A stretch of DNA of 61,860 nt, filler included, from Sphacelaria rigidula (taxonomy: Eukaryota), in assembly GCA_964200075.2 (NCBI GenBank). It is 9 parts of 9 records of this genome, joined end to end, with 100 filler letters (N's around TTAATTAATTAA, not from the genome) between each part and the next. Parts side by side here need not be neighbours in the genome. Positions count along the whole stretch, not along the records: positions 34,425 to 41,208 come from CAXNAA020018098.1; positions 41,309 to 48,092 come from CAXNAA020018099.1; positions 48,193 to 54,976 come from CAXNAA020018100.1; 6 more parts are not named here. The stretch is one strand, 5' to 3'. The position numbers and the translations under genes are program-made. Below, piece after piece: positions 36,371-49,495 of the stretch; positions within the stretch are counted from its first letter, which is position 1, and every line of letters starts with the position of its first letter. Under the pieces are notes generated by a model. It ran no database searches. It saw only the letters and a program-made list of their open reading frames with translations, and had not been told where the DNA came from.

Positions 36371-39300
36371 CAATATATAACCACTGAAGGAGCGGAAGAA
36401 CTGAAGAAATGAGCGATACAGGCGATGTTTGAAGGCTCTCCTGGGATTGACGTTCTACTGTAACTCCATATCCAAAGATGTCAGTTGTTGAGTCCGTGAA
36501 CACGAGTGAAGAGCTGTGCGGGCAAAACCTCTGCAAAAACAACTTTCGTCGCCACGCGTACAACTGCCATATTCCAAAATCAGCCTGGCGCGTGCCTGTT
36601 GCCGATCAAGCTTTAGTAGCAACAGGCGCACGCGGCTAATTAAGTACCATCAGTATCAATCTTCAACTGTTAGATCAACCGTGAAACAAATTCAATCTTT
36701 ACCTTACACAAGCACACATTTGACGAAGATACTCTCCTCTTACTCGTTGGTCGTTCTGAAAACGATAGTCATACCCCAAGGTACTAGTTCAATTCCCGCA
36801 CGCGGTCATATACCATCGCAACAGTAGCAGCTGCTGTTCGGAAAATCACGAACCACGCCTCAGATAATCACGACCCAAAAGTAAAGATAGGCACGAAGTA
36901 TATAAAATACACAGCTACCACAACTCACGTTGGTCGAACTGTGGACTTGGTGGAATACAAGATGTCAGCAGGGTAGGTGATGTGTGAAGGCTCTTCTTGA
37001 TTTAGCGTTCTACTGTAACCCTATCTCCAAAGGAAGGTAGACTATTATGGTCGAAGGAAACAAGTGAATAGCTCGCGGGGTGGAAAAGGTTGTTGCACAA
37101 CCTTTTTCCCGCTACGCATATAACACTTGCCGCATCACAAAATCAGCCTAACGCATCGTGCTTTTGGCCAATCAAAGCTTCAGTAGCAGCGTGCCCATAT
37201 GGCCAACCATGTAAGACTGACATCCCATCTCTGCTACGTTCAGTCAACGTGAATTCACAAGACAGGAACCACGACCTCCACACGAGCGAGGTAGCAAATA
37301 AGTAGTCACTTTAGAACAAACAGAAACAAGACGGTCAACATCACACAAGCGACGTGCATTTGACAGCAGATAATGTAAATGTCTTGGGTGGAACCTTTGA
37401 TGGCTTTCTCGTTACTCTGGCGCTGGGTGAATGTATGAGGTCTGGGAGGCACTGCTATACATGGCGGCAAAACCGCCACGAAAGCTGTTGCGGGGAGAGT
37501 AGTGTGTGCATTCCGACCGAACTAGGTTATGGGTCACATCATGCCCAGATCAGTTACATCATGCCCAGATCAGATACCATGATCCCCATTGTCGGTAGTA
37601 GTCTCACCATTCGAGGGCTGGTCTGGACCCACGCATAGCGTGGCGCGCGATACACCATGTCCCCCGAAACCTGCGTCGGTGGGAAATGGAGAAAACGTGA
37701 GTAACACATGAGCGTCATGACAGCGATTTATTACTATGTTTCTTTTCTCGGAAGAGCAACAGGCACAGGGTTGCCATGGACCGGACCCCCTTGTCGGTAT
37801 CGGTAGCTCATACAGGACAAACATGGACATATGAGGCATCATATTTAGTTCTTTCCCAACCTTTGCCCCTTTCTCAGTTTATAACATACTCGTTCGTAAT
37901 ACAAGTTATGGAGCAAAGTATTTGCTATCTACAAGATTGCCCGTTCCAGCCCTTTACTATACATATCCCAAGCTGTGGCATTATCGGTCGCAAATTGTTA
38001 CGGCTGTGTGTTGGAGGTTAGCACAGCCAATGTGTCAAAAATATCATGAACGTATCAGTGATATATCGCCCCTGCGGTAGCGCAGCTTGCACGAGCAGGG
38101 AAGTAATCTGTGGTGACGGTTCCGCCACGCTCGGGTCCAGCTCTTGACAACTGGTCAGTTACCCGTAGGCAACATTTGTCGGAGTACGATGTATTCCGGA
38201 CTAATAAGGGATATAACCGGATGTATTTGTAAGTAATCCCCCGAAGAATTTCGTGTGGAGTGTACACTGGAAGACTATTTTCATAGATGCGAATGTGATC
38301 CAAATAAAGAAGAAGTCCAGAAGGCTAAGAGGTGATTGCAGTCAGGGAGTCCCAACAGGCTCACTCCTGTTGTTGTTTTTCATCTTCTTCTGGCCTCTTC
38401 GGGCGAAGAGTATGAGCTGCTCAGGACAGACTATACGCTTACCGAACGCGCTAGCGATATCGACCGGTAGTACAGTGTATCGCCTGTATCACGAGGTTTG
38501 CGTCAGGCAGCTAAATAGAGAAGAGCTGTCTCGTTAGAGAGAGAAGACCAGAGCCGACCTCCCAAATGCAACAACACGTCGTAGGTATGGGCTCTGAAAA
38601 TACATTGTTACGCGAGGCTGATCAACCTGTTACAGTACCTGTAAACGAGGCGAACGACCTGTTGAAAAATATAATTGGCTATCGTGGCTTGTGTATAAAA
38701 TACACAGTGTTCAACTGTCAGTAGACAGGAACAATCGGTTCAACTTGTGAACCCAGCTCTAACAAGAGAGCTCGCAGAGGCTGCACAGTGTTGGTTAAAC
38801 ACTTGTTTGTGCAAGAGAGAGGATGCTTAAAATTGCCGCTTCATCTGGGCGCTACTTAAATCAAACACATAAAAAACTTGGTTCCTTATTAACGCAGAAA
38901 CCAATAACAAGCTGATAGGCTTGCTTGAGGTGGGTCGCTTTGGAGAGTAAATAGCGTGGGGCTATTTCACTGTCAATAAAACTCTTGGACACTATAAAAC
39001 TGTCCATCCAAACTGTCCATACCTTAGACTCTTGGTACTCAACACTTCAATATTCTGACAATATACTGACTCTCTGTATACGAGCTATACAGTACATGAG
39101 CTATTCATTATTCTATGACGAATATCTCTCGCACTGCACTACTTTGGTTATTCCGACGATCTTTATTCTAACGATGAACCGTTACTGGTTTTCCCGCTAA
39201 TCCCGACTATGTATATTCGGAACTATTATTTCTTAAACTTCCAACATAGATCAGGTGTAGCGTTTTCGATCCTAGTAATATACTACTCAGGATCCCACAG

Positions 39301-41948
39301 CGCAACCGTATTAGTCGGTCCTTATCAGAGGAGCCGCGAGGAGGGCAGTCAATCTGGATTATGTATAATTGTTTTCAAGTATAATTGATGCCGACTCAAC
39401 AGATGACCTACTCCCGCCGTCCAAGTGTTCAGACTCGTTTGGCTGGGAAAACATGGTTCACTTGGCTGAGATCAGAGAGTCACGCCTCCCTTTTTCATGA
39501 TGAAAATATGCAGTACGTGATTTGTGATGCGCGGGCAAGATGTTCCCCTGCTCATGGCCTCTGATCAAAATCTGATGCCACGGCATCGATGTGTTTCAAC
39601 TGCTCCACAAGTCAGTCATTCACCCGAAGATAGAGGTAGCACGTACTTGTGATGTCCACGTAAGAGGTCTTGCTCTTCACGGCCCCTCAATATAATACAT
39701 TGCCGTGACCCCGCTTTGTTTGTTGATGCCCCATAACATGCACAGTGATGCCGAGTTGGCGGCTCGCCGGGTTTACGATAACATGGACCGCCGGGTGTAG
39801 TCGTAGTAGTATATCTGATACATCACTTCGAGGTGTGATGGGTATGTTCTACTTCATGTTCAGAACGCTCTTCATGCAATTGGCAACTAGGGTTTGGCGT
39901 TCGGCAGTTCCGCATCAAGTGTCCCACGATAACTAAGTCACACTTGTTCATTTCTTCGTTTTCCTCATTCGACCGACCAACCGTCGACCGACCCGCTGTT
40001 GTCAATAGATAAAAACTGCAAATCAACTAGGTAGGTACGATCGAAGTTTGTGTATTCCTGCTGCTGTAGACTGCAAACTTCGATCGTACAGTCTCATTAT
40101 ACAACGTATTTCTTTAATACAAACTCCCCATAATAACACTAATATGAAATATTCGGTAACGACAACCGGCACAACACCTCCACATGAACTGGACAACTGG
40201 CGCTCTCGTAGCCATTTCCAGTTTAACTCCAGTTACGATGAAGATATACAGTATTAACTGGTCGAGTTCCCAGCCGATTGAATGCATGTGCTTGATGTAC
40301 TTTCCCGCAGGAGTTGACATCAGCCATTTTCAGCCCACGATTCAACGCACATGGGGAACGGGGCGCTAGAAGGGCATATTTCACCCTCCTTTGTGGTGAC
40401 GCAATACAACACACTCCTACATGCCGTACTTGCTTGTATCGAATTCCACAGTTACGAACAAACCGGTGGTTTTTCCACCGTAAGTTCATCGAGGAGTAAC
40501 CTGATTACCGAAAGCAACCTATTGTACCACGTCCTCCCTTTTCCACCTACTTGACATCGTTGCTTCCAACACCCGTTCGTCACGCATTCGTCCACAGTAC
40601 AACTATGTTTCCTTCCGTACTTTCCTCGCTAAACTTTCCGCAACCGTCCCTTCGCCCTTCTCCTGATTTGTTCAACACCGACAGGTGCTTCGTTTGCACT
40701 ACCCACGCGTCTACATCCCAGGAGACAAACCCAGTCCCGAAGGGCGCCAGGAAACAGGTCCCCTTCCTCTGCCTTGCGTGTGGCATGGACATCGGGGTCA
40801 GCACTCCAAACCACCGAGCTCCTGTCGGATTTCCAACGGCGCTTGTTGCAGGAGAAAGAGGCGTCTATCTCGAGAAACGACAACTCCAAACCTCGGAAAA
40901 TACCGCGAGTCAATATCTATTCCCCCTCCCCTCCCGGAGGCGACCCCGTGACGCCACCAAGCAAAACCGACCCTCAACCCGAAAAAACAAAACCTAATCC
41001 TACCCGACAGGGTACCCGACCCACGGCTACCAGGAGCGGAGCCGGGAACTGAACCCCCGTACGGTAAGTACCACAACTACACATTCCTTTTCCCCGTTCA
41101 ACCCCCTCTCCACCATGTATAGTCCCATTTTCATCCTACAACAACAAATTGTGCGAATTGAGGTTTAACTCCGAGATGAGGTTCAAGCCTAAAACAGTGC
41201 TTTCCCCTNNNNNNNNNNNNNNNNNNNNNNNNNNNNNNNNNNNNNNNNNNNNTTAATTAATTAANNNNNNNNNNNNNNNNNNNNNNNNNNNNNNNNNNNN
41301 NNNNNNNNATTCCAATGACGGGACAACACAATTCTTCACCGTGAGAGCTACATCCACGCATGGGTTCGCGGGATCTCGCCTGAATGGGATCCTCGACCCA
41401 GGACTGATCGGACCCGTTGTACCCACACCACAAGCTTGAGCTAGCGCGGGCCGACGTCAACTCGGTTTTGAGGTGTGGGGCTGCTGGCCGCGTCACAGGT
41501 ACGTTTTGGTGTGTGGTCGGCAGCCGTGGTTGGCTTGAGTTCATTCTCGTGAAACGATTGATCACCGGAGGCTGACACTGCCTTGAGCCACAGCTCGAGG
41601 CGCCTTCCCCACATGATCGCCGCAAGGCGGTCTAGCCGAGCCTTCGCACACGAACTCGCTCGCGATCGTTGCGGTCGCCAGCGGGGTAAGTGTTGGGTTG
41701 GGTTTCCTCCTTCCATCAAGGAAAAAAATATATATCTGATGCGGACGCCTTCTGTGGTCACAAGCTAGCTACCTATAATATGGTATGAGGAAATCAAACA
41801 AAACCGAAATGTGCACTGGAATAACGGTCTCGACAGCACTCCGTGTAAGGCCGTGTGTTGACGAGACAAGAAACGTGAGGACGCGCTCTAAGAGTAAGAG
41901 CGATTCTGGCGGCTTTGTTTTGTTTTACTGCCACTTCCGATTGCTTAA

Positions 41949-42046
41949 CCCTTAGACCATGAGATTAGTCTTTCTGGATCACGCATACTTTTTTTCACTT
42001 GAAATTGATGCCGATTCAACAGAAGACTAATCGCGCGGTCTAAGGG
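41949..42046. mobile_element. 98-bp piggyBac-type MITE
   Basis: TTAA|CCCTTAGACC...GGTCTAAGGG|TTAA with ~27-bp imperfect TIR, nested in an older palindrome at ~41850-42170. Confidence 0.85.
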
Positions 42047-42485
42047 TTAAGGGCTGATGGGCAACCAATCGGAAGGACAAAACAAAATAAAAAAACACCA
42101 AAAGCGCCAGATTTACCCTCGCTCTCACGGCGCATTCTCACGTTCCTTGTTTCGTTGAAACGGGCCCCAACATCGAGGATGTCATGATTTTGGCAGACAC
42201 CAAATACAGTGCATTTTACAGCAACGACGGGCCATATCAGAGTGTGGATTTCGTCGTCATTGCTCCTATGAATATATCGCCAAGCTATATGTAGTCCTCA
42301 CTTTCATATCTCGCCATTTTTTATCTTTGTTGTGCACCTCATCATCAGGCTGCCGACCGTCCCAAGAACACCGTCCACCCGTCTCAATATACGAGTGATA
42401 CAAACCCTCTCAGAAATCAACGCACAACAAACACATCATCATCATCATCATCAACAGCAGCAGCAGCAGGCCCGGTCGACTAAAA

Positions 42486-44486
42486 ATGAGCGGTAGGGAT
42501 GATCGGTCCCCTCAACCGCCGTCATTGTCGAGCTCTTCCGCTATTTCCAACCTGGGTTTGTCGAACGACGATGATAATCCGTTCGTTAGACAACGAGACC
42601 TCATGCTAGCGAGGTCGACCCCCGAAATTCCCACCGCAACCCCCACATCCTTCACGCGAAGAGCCACGATTGGAGACGGCGGTGGCGGTAGTGGCGGCGG
42701 GGGCAGCGTGAAAGGGCCCACGTCAGAGGTGACATCAGCAATTAGTTTTCCTGAGACGCACCGCGCGGTTGGCAGCGGCGGCTCGACGACGGCGCGCAGC
42801 TGGGGAGGGATCGCAGCAGGCGAACCCCATTTTGCTTCCACCGTCACCGCGGGGCTTGCGGCGACTTCGAGCAGTCCTTCGCATTCGGCGGTGGCAGGTG
42901 TGCCCGGTGTGTCTCCTGCTGCGTCCGCCGCAGCCTCAACCTCTTGGGTGTCGTCGTCGGCGGCGGCGGCGGCGATGACGGCGGAGCCAAAGAAGGGTCC
43001 ATCTCAATCTTCGCCAGCTGGGGCGCGCGGGATGATGGCGAGATCGCCGGGAAAAAACACGACGACGCCGACCGGGTACGGAAACCAACAACATCAACAA
43101 CATCAGCCGCCTGGGGAAACACAGCGACTCTTTAGCATCTTCGACATTTCCTCTGATGAAGAAGATGAAGCCACGGGTGACTGTGATGGTGGCGGTGGTG
43201 CCGTGGCAGACGGAAAGAATGGTTCGCGAAGCCACGAGAGCAGCATTGTCGCCGCTCCTGCCGGTGCTACCGGCGTAAACAGCGACGGGGACACTGGTAA
43301 TGACGATGACAACGACGACGATCGCTGGCCTTTGCCCGGGCCATGCTCTGACGGCGGGTGGCTGGAAAGCAAGCGATGCGCCCCGCCGAACCTCAAATCT
43401 CGATCCCGATCCTCTACATCGTCCGGCGGGAACGGAAACTTGAAATCCAATGGTATGAGCGGCACAGCGGAAGAAAGCAGTAGCGGTGGCAACGGCCGTC
43501 GCCGATTGGGCTGTGGAGAAAACTCCGGCAACTTTATGTCCGACACAGAAGATTACGGAGGAATCACCAGAGTTCACTCGACAAGAAAAGCGGAGGGCGG
43601 GGGCGCAGCAGCGGGAAGAACGGGGCTGAAGCGTGGGCGAACACCGCCGATCGTGTCTCCGGGCGACACCCGTAGTTATTACAGCAGTGACGACGGCAAC
43701 AACAACTATGGCAACAACAGTAGCAACCTGGTAGGCGGCGACTTCGGCGGCGGTGACGGCTACGGCGGTGGCGACAGGTTGCGAGGCGGCAAGACCGGGC
43801 GCAACGAACGCTACACCGCCCCGGTCCCGCGTCGACCCAGATCGCCCCCTCTGTCGCTTTCCCCCCTTCGTTTCACTGCATTCGACAGTGACTATGACAG
43901 CGCCGAAGATGACGACAGCGACAACGGCAGCCATCCAACGATGTCATCAAAGCACGGTACGACAGGTCGAAGCAGCAGGCGTCACAGTAGAGAACATGTT
44001 CGTAGTGGCGGCGACGGATTCCGGGGCGCAAGTCGCTCATTGGGAAATGCAGAAGATTATCCTACGGGGGGGAAAGGGGAAAGAGGAGGGGAGAGAGAGA
44101 GGAAGCTGGGTCATCCTGACGATGGAGCTCCAAAAGCGGATCGTGAGGGTCGCGGGCTCAAACGCGGGCTTGAACATACTCTGCACGATCGAATCGAGGC
44201 CATGAGGGTGGCGTCCGATGACGAAATCGCCCAATCCGATAGGAATTCTTTAGACAAGCGGGGGCGACAATGCATCGGCGGGAGGGTGGGGAAGAAAAAT
44301 GGATATCGGGCCGGGCGGTCAGCGGACCATGAGGAGACTGCTGATGACGAGTGGGATGAGGAAGACCTTAGGCCGCACATTTCTGATCCCCCCTGGCTGG
44401 GTCCGTTGCAGGCGTACGACCTTGGCGGAGGTGCATTTATCAACCCTTCCATTAATCGATACCTGCGGGAGTACCAACGGGACGGG
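42486..44486 (+). CDS. ERCC6L2: ERCC6L2/SWITCH2-like SNF2-family ATPase, exon 1 (long disordered N-terminus to INRYLREYQRDG)
   Basis: 667-codon open frame with aaaaATG start, SNF2 Q-motif LREYQRDG, GTGAG donor at 44487. Confidence 0.82.
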
Positions 44487-44895
44487 GTGAGCGACATGAG
44501 AGAGAGAGAGAGAAAGAGAGACCGGGAATGCTCATGTAAAATTTGAGGCAGAGGCAGAGAGAGAGGAAGGAAGAAACACGGGCAGATAGTAGACAGACAG
44601 ATGAGGCAGACAACACATTCATGGACTATAAAGTAGCTGTCGTATTTTCTGTGCCGTATGATCGGGAGCGCTGGGCGGTGAGGCTGTCGAGCTATTTGCA
44701 GAAAGCATGTTTTGATCACTGCAACAGTCGCAAAACGAGGTGGCGCGGTGATGGGCATGGGCATTGCTAGGTTTAAAATGGAGAAGGTTTCAAAGTTGTT
44801 CTCCATCCAAAGGATTGTAGAACACTGCTATCACTACTTCAAAAAAAGAAAAATAACGCCAACAATTTGACTGTGTCACAATGACTACAAAACAG

Positions 44896-45013
44896 GTACA
44901 GTGGATGTACGGAAAGTTCATGGAAGGAAAGGGCGGGGTGCTTGGAGACGACATGGGCCTGGGCAAGACTGTGCAGACCATTTCTCTCATTTCGGCTATC
45001 CTGCGTAAGACGG
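44896..45013 (+). CDS. ERCC6L2: ERCC6L2-like ATPase exon 2 ([39 protein letters not shown])
   Basis: Walker [11 protein letters not shown] is the GDDMG variant of the ERCC6L2/SWITCH2 group. CAG acceptor, GTGAG donor, in frame with exon 1. Confidence 0.88.
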
Positions 45014-45434
45014 GTGAGTATGCTGTGTATGCTTCATACAGTATTTGCCTCCTCATTTAGCCATTATTTTTTATATACGTACGGAACTTATTAAGAGAGC
45101 ATGTATCGTTTGAGAAGAAGGCAAAAAGTGTGAACTTTCGACCCGTCCATGCTAATTTTTACTGGGATTTTGTGCGCCGACTATCCCCCGAGTTTTATGG
45201 AGGGTAGACTGATCGTGTTGGCGTAGATGCGCCCAAGATGCAGGCTGTTTTAGGATGAACGACCGGAGTTCTCTCCCCAACGGAAGGTCCCGCCATTTTT
45301 CGAGTTAGATCCTGAAATTTCGCAAACGGGTGCTCTGGGGTATTTAGGAGGGCTGTTTAAATGAAGTATTGCGATTATTTATGGTTTTCCGCCAGATATC
45401 CAGGGTTCCACGAGGCGGTGTCTTGCCTTTTTTT

Positions 45435-47798
45435 CACACCCTGGACAATACAACATGTAATGTATATTGCCCGCTCAATATGTCGACGCGTCGGGTGGTC
45501 AATATATATTGGGCAAGCAATATGATGGCTCGAGAGAGGATCAATATATGTATATTGTGCCATCAATAAGTCAAGTCTCGCGACATGCAATATATATCGA
45601 CCGAACAATATATCACGACATGCGCCACCTTAATATGTATTGGCCGAGTAGTATGTTGATGCGGTAAGGCACCAATATATATATATATATATATTGTCGA
45701 GTGATTTATTGGCTGCCACACGAGGTCAATATATATATATATATATTGATAATTCAATATACTCAACTCCCTAAGCGCCAATATACGTTGCCGCGCCAAT
45801 ATGTCGTGCGTCAATGCGTCCAGTATATATTGGGCGGACAATACACGAGGGAACGGACGGTCACGATACATCTTGGTGTAAAGTGCACGTGCTCCTCGAT
45901 CCCGATACAGCGCAACTTGTTTTTTTTCTCAATCTAGCCCGGTATCAAACCCAGCAAACTATATATCAAATGAAAGCTGAGAACCGTAGCTTTCGATTGC
46001 GGGCATTTTCATGTTTCACAACATACCTACCTCGCGAGTTATGCCTCTCGGAAGCTGTGCGGGGCAGCTGGTGGAAATTACAAATTGTCGATTTGCCGGG
46101 CCCCCACGGCGGCTGTGAAAAAAATATATGTCGGAACGGAATCTACGCTGAAAACTGGTTATAAAAAGTGTCGTTTCGGGCTTTCGGGTGCCGGGCTAGA
46201 ACCCGGAAAAAACAAGATGCATTTTTTTTACTGGTTTCGGCCGTTTTGTCTTGTATTTGAACTCAAATTAGTTACGATGGGTGTTGCAGTGGCAGTGGTG
46301 CTTGGTGTTATTACCGATGCGGGCATGGAGTGCTCGCAGAAGTATGAATGCATGAAGAAAAAAAGGAAAACCAGGAAAAAAAATAGCGAAAGAAGTAAAG
46401 AAGGGCCAATTTTTGCCCACGTCGCGGGTTCGCGACCACCTCCGGACAACTTTTACCCTTTTTTTTTCGTGACCTCCCCAGTCTTACGCGCCTAGCCGCG
46501 GGCGTTTCGGAGATGCCTTTACTTTTTTTATCCTCAACCGCAATCAGAAGTTACGGAGGGCCAACTGTATCGGCATCGAGGAGCACGTGCACTATAGCAA
46601 TATAAATTGATTTTCAACACGCAAATTGGAAAGTGTACTGGAATTAGTACCGTGAGCAGTTTTATGTTCGCGGGCGCCATTGAAAGATGTATCACCACAT
46701 GCCGAAAACGCCCAATATATTCCTCCGCGAGCGTGTTCAATATATATGGAAGTAGTAATAGCTATGCGATCAGCGTGCGCAGTATATACTGGAAAAATAA
46801 TGCTTTTGCATGGTTTGCGCTCAATATATATTATGGCAACAACATGTTCCGCATCGCTTCGACTCGATCTATATTGGAACTTCAATACATACACGGCCGG
46901 CATGCACAATATATACTGAATGTTTTGTTCCCGGAACCAATGCATATCCAATATATTTTGTCATGCATTACTTGACGATCATGACACGAGAAATATATGT
47001 TGTTCCTTCAATATCTCCGATGACATCTCAACACAGTATATATTGAAGGGCAATATTTGCGCTGTCTCCAACATAAAGTATTGCTATCATATTGGGACAT
47101 ATTGTATTATCCAGGGTATTAGCAACACAGAACCGGTGACCACAGGGGCACCAAAAGACGCATATTGACCCGCGTTTTCTGTCGTCGTGATGTTTACAGA
47201 AGAAATATTACATGTTGTGAAGGGGATGGGCGGCCCCGTACCGGTGGCAAGATAGGTATCAGAAGGCATCTATATCGGGTCGCCTCTTCTGCCACCATAT
47301 TTTCTGACCAGTATATGTGTATATATATATATATATAAATATATATATATCGAATGAATCCGACGACTCTTCGTAGCGATGCACGCGAACTTCTGCCACT
47401 CCCTTCGAAGCGCTTCCCAATCTGCACGGGCTCCTGCATCCACCGCGTCTAGATATTTCTTAGCGTGTACACCATACTTGTAATATGCAATATATATTGA
47501 CCGGCCAATACATTGGCATCCACGCAGATCCAAAATATTTTGACCGGTCAATATGTTCTCACCAATGCGACCCTAATATATATTGGTCGTACAGTATACC
47601 GTCACCCACACTGTCCCGATATATATTGATGGGACAATATGTGTTCAACCCCACAGTACCAATATATGTTGGGCGCGCAATACGTGTGCGATCCAAGGGT
47701 ACCAATACAATATATATATATATATATATATATCGCAAATTTCAATATGATCGACTAATATATAGATATTGAAAACACTTTGTTTTGTCCAGGGTGTG
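45435..47798. mobile_element. ~2.4-kb non-autonomous TIR element with CAATATAT subterminal arrays (CACTA/EnSpm-like), intronic
   Basis: CACACCCTGGACAATACAA ... TTGTTTTGTCCAGGGTGTG with many CAATATA/TATATTG motifs. An extra internal right end lies at ~47102-47117. Confidence 0.6.
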
Positions 47799-47877
47799 CT
47801 TTTATTCGAATCAGATCCTGAAAATTGCACATGGGTTCTGTGGGATATATAGATCGGCTGTCTAAAATGGATATTTC

Positions 47878-48092
47878 CAAGGGTAGGTCGAGTAGAGTAT
47901 GTACTTTTGAGTACTCGAGTAAAATACTCAAGTATTTACCCTACTCGACGTTTGAGTAGGTCGAGTACGGCCTCAAATACTTTACTCAAATTTTGAGTAG
48001 GTCGAGTACGACCTCAAATACTCTACTCAAATATTGAGCAAGCACTCCCAGTAATACTTGAGTATAGAGTGCCACTTGAGTATGACCCCAAT
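47878..48092 (-). mobile_element. Third copy of the hAT GAGTA-repeat MITE, cut by the contig end
   Basis: Matches the reverse complement of ~8330-8575, including the TIR caagggtaggtcgagtagagta. Confidence 0.88.
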
Positions 48093-49495
48093 NNNNNNNN
48101 NNNNNNNNNNNNNNNNNNNNNNNNNNNNNNNNNNNNTTAATTAATTAANNNNNNNNNNNNNNNNNNNNNNNNNNNNNNNNNNNNNNNNNNNNCATATTCT
48201 TGTGCGTCTAGAACCGTCAGGAGTCCCTGAACCGAACAAAATTTCGCGAAAAAAGTCCACCCCTACCGTAGCATTGCTCCATTAGCGATTTCGTAAATGA
48301 TCGTCTTTGGTTGACAGGGATCACCGTCCAAGGGGGATCCAGATTGTGCAGGGCTGGAGTTGTCGGTTGAAGGAGTAGTGACGTCAGAAATATTTGATTT
48401 TTTTCTTCCGTGATACTTGATAGAGCCGTCGAACTCAACGTCGTCGCAGTTTGGAGAGATTGAAGTCGAGGACTTCCGCTCGAAAGAGGTGCACGCGATG
48501 GTGCTCGCGTCCTTGGGGGCATGCTAACGGGGCTTTCTCTTTCGCCATGACAATGATCGGGGAACTTCCAAAACATTTCGAGATGATATCACAACTGCGT
48601 CCAGTCGGGTGGATGGGGTCAGTACCGGGGCATGATCGAGTGAAACTTGTGGGCTGCTGTCCGTAGGCAAGCTTGGGTGGGGGGTCATAGCCGAAGGTAT
48701 TTTGGGGCAGTTGTTATTAGAACCGGCCGAAAATAGTTCGGCGCGTGTTGAGAATCGCGGGGGAGGAGCTCGATCCAACTGATTGGGGATGACATGATCC
48801 GATGTGGTCAAGTTCAAATCGGCAACACTTGGGTCAGCTGAAAAAGGCTTGCTGCTACGTGAGCGTGCGGTCGCTGCGGGAAGCCTTTGCCTCAGGGGCT
48901 GTTGGTCCTCCCACACCCCTGGCTTATACTCGGCTCTGAAGGACCAAGTTCAGGGCCGGGTGACGGTTGAGTCGCGGGGTGACACAAGTGTTACGCAGTG
49001 TGTGGAGGATTGAAGACGGGGGTCGATATGAACGGTCGTCAGGTGCGCTCCTGCATAGTGCTGGGGGAGACGGGCGAACAATCGTAGTCGCGGACTCTAC
49101 GGACTGTGTTGAAAAGTGTGTGGAGGGTGGAGACGGGGGTCGATTTGAACGGTCGTCTGTTGCGCTCCTGGATAATATCGGGGGAGTCGGGTGGGCAATC
49201 TTAGTCACGGGCTCCGCGGGCTGTATTGAAAAAATGTTCGCTAGTGCTGTCGGCGGCGCGGAAGACCTTAGAACGCCGGCGTCGCACGTCATGGGTCTAT
49301 GCGATCCGTAGTGAAGGAACCAGGGTTTCCGGCGTTGGGGTTCGAGTTTTGTGTCGGTCCCGTCCGCTTGTGTCTATCAGCGGATCGTTTGGTGCCGCGA
49401 GAATTATGATCGTTCTGGCGAGGGCTTGTGTCATTGATGTTTTGTCGGCGGCCGCGATTAAAGCTTTTGTTGCCTCGTTTATTCGAATTATTGCG

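Noticed and set aside
48460-48500. Aspartic protease motif (LSSGSP resembling LDSGS)
   Set aside because: It lacks the catalytic Asp and is not clearly in the likely coding frame.
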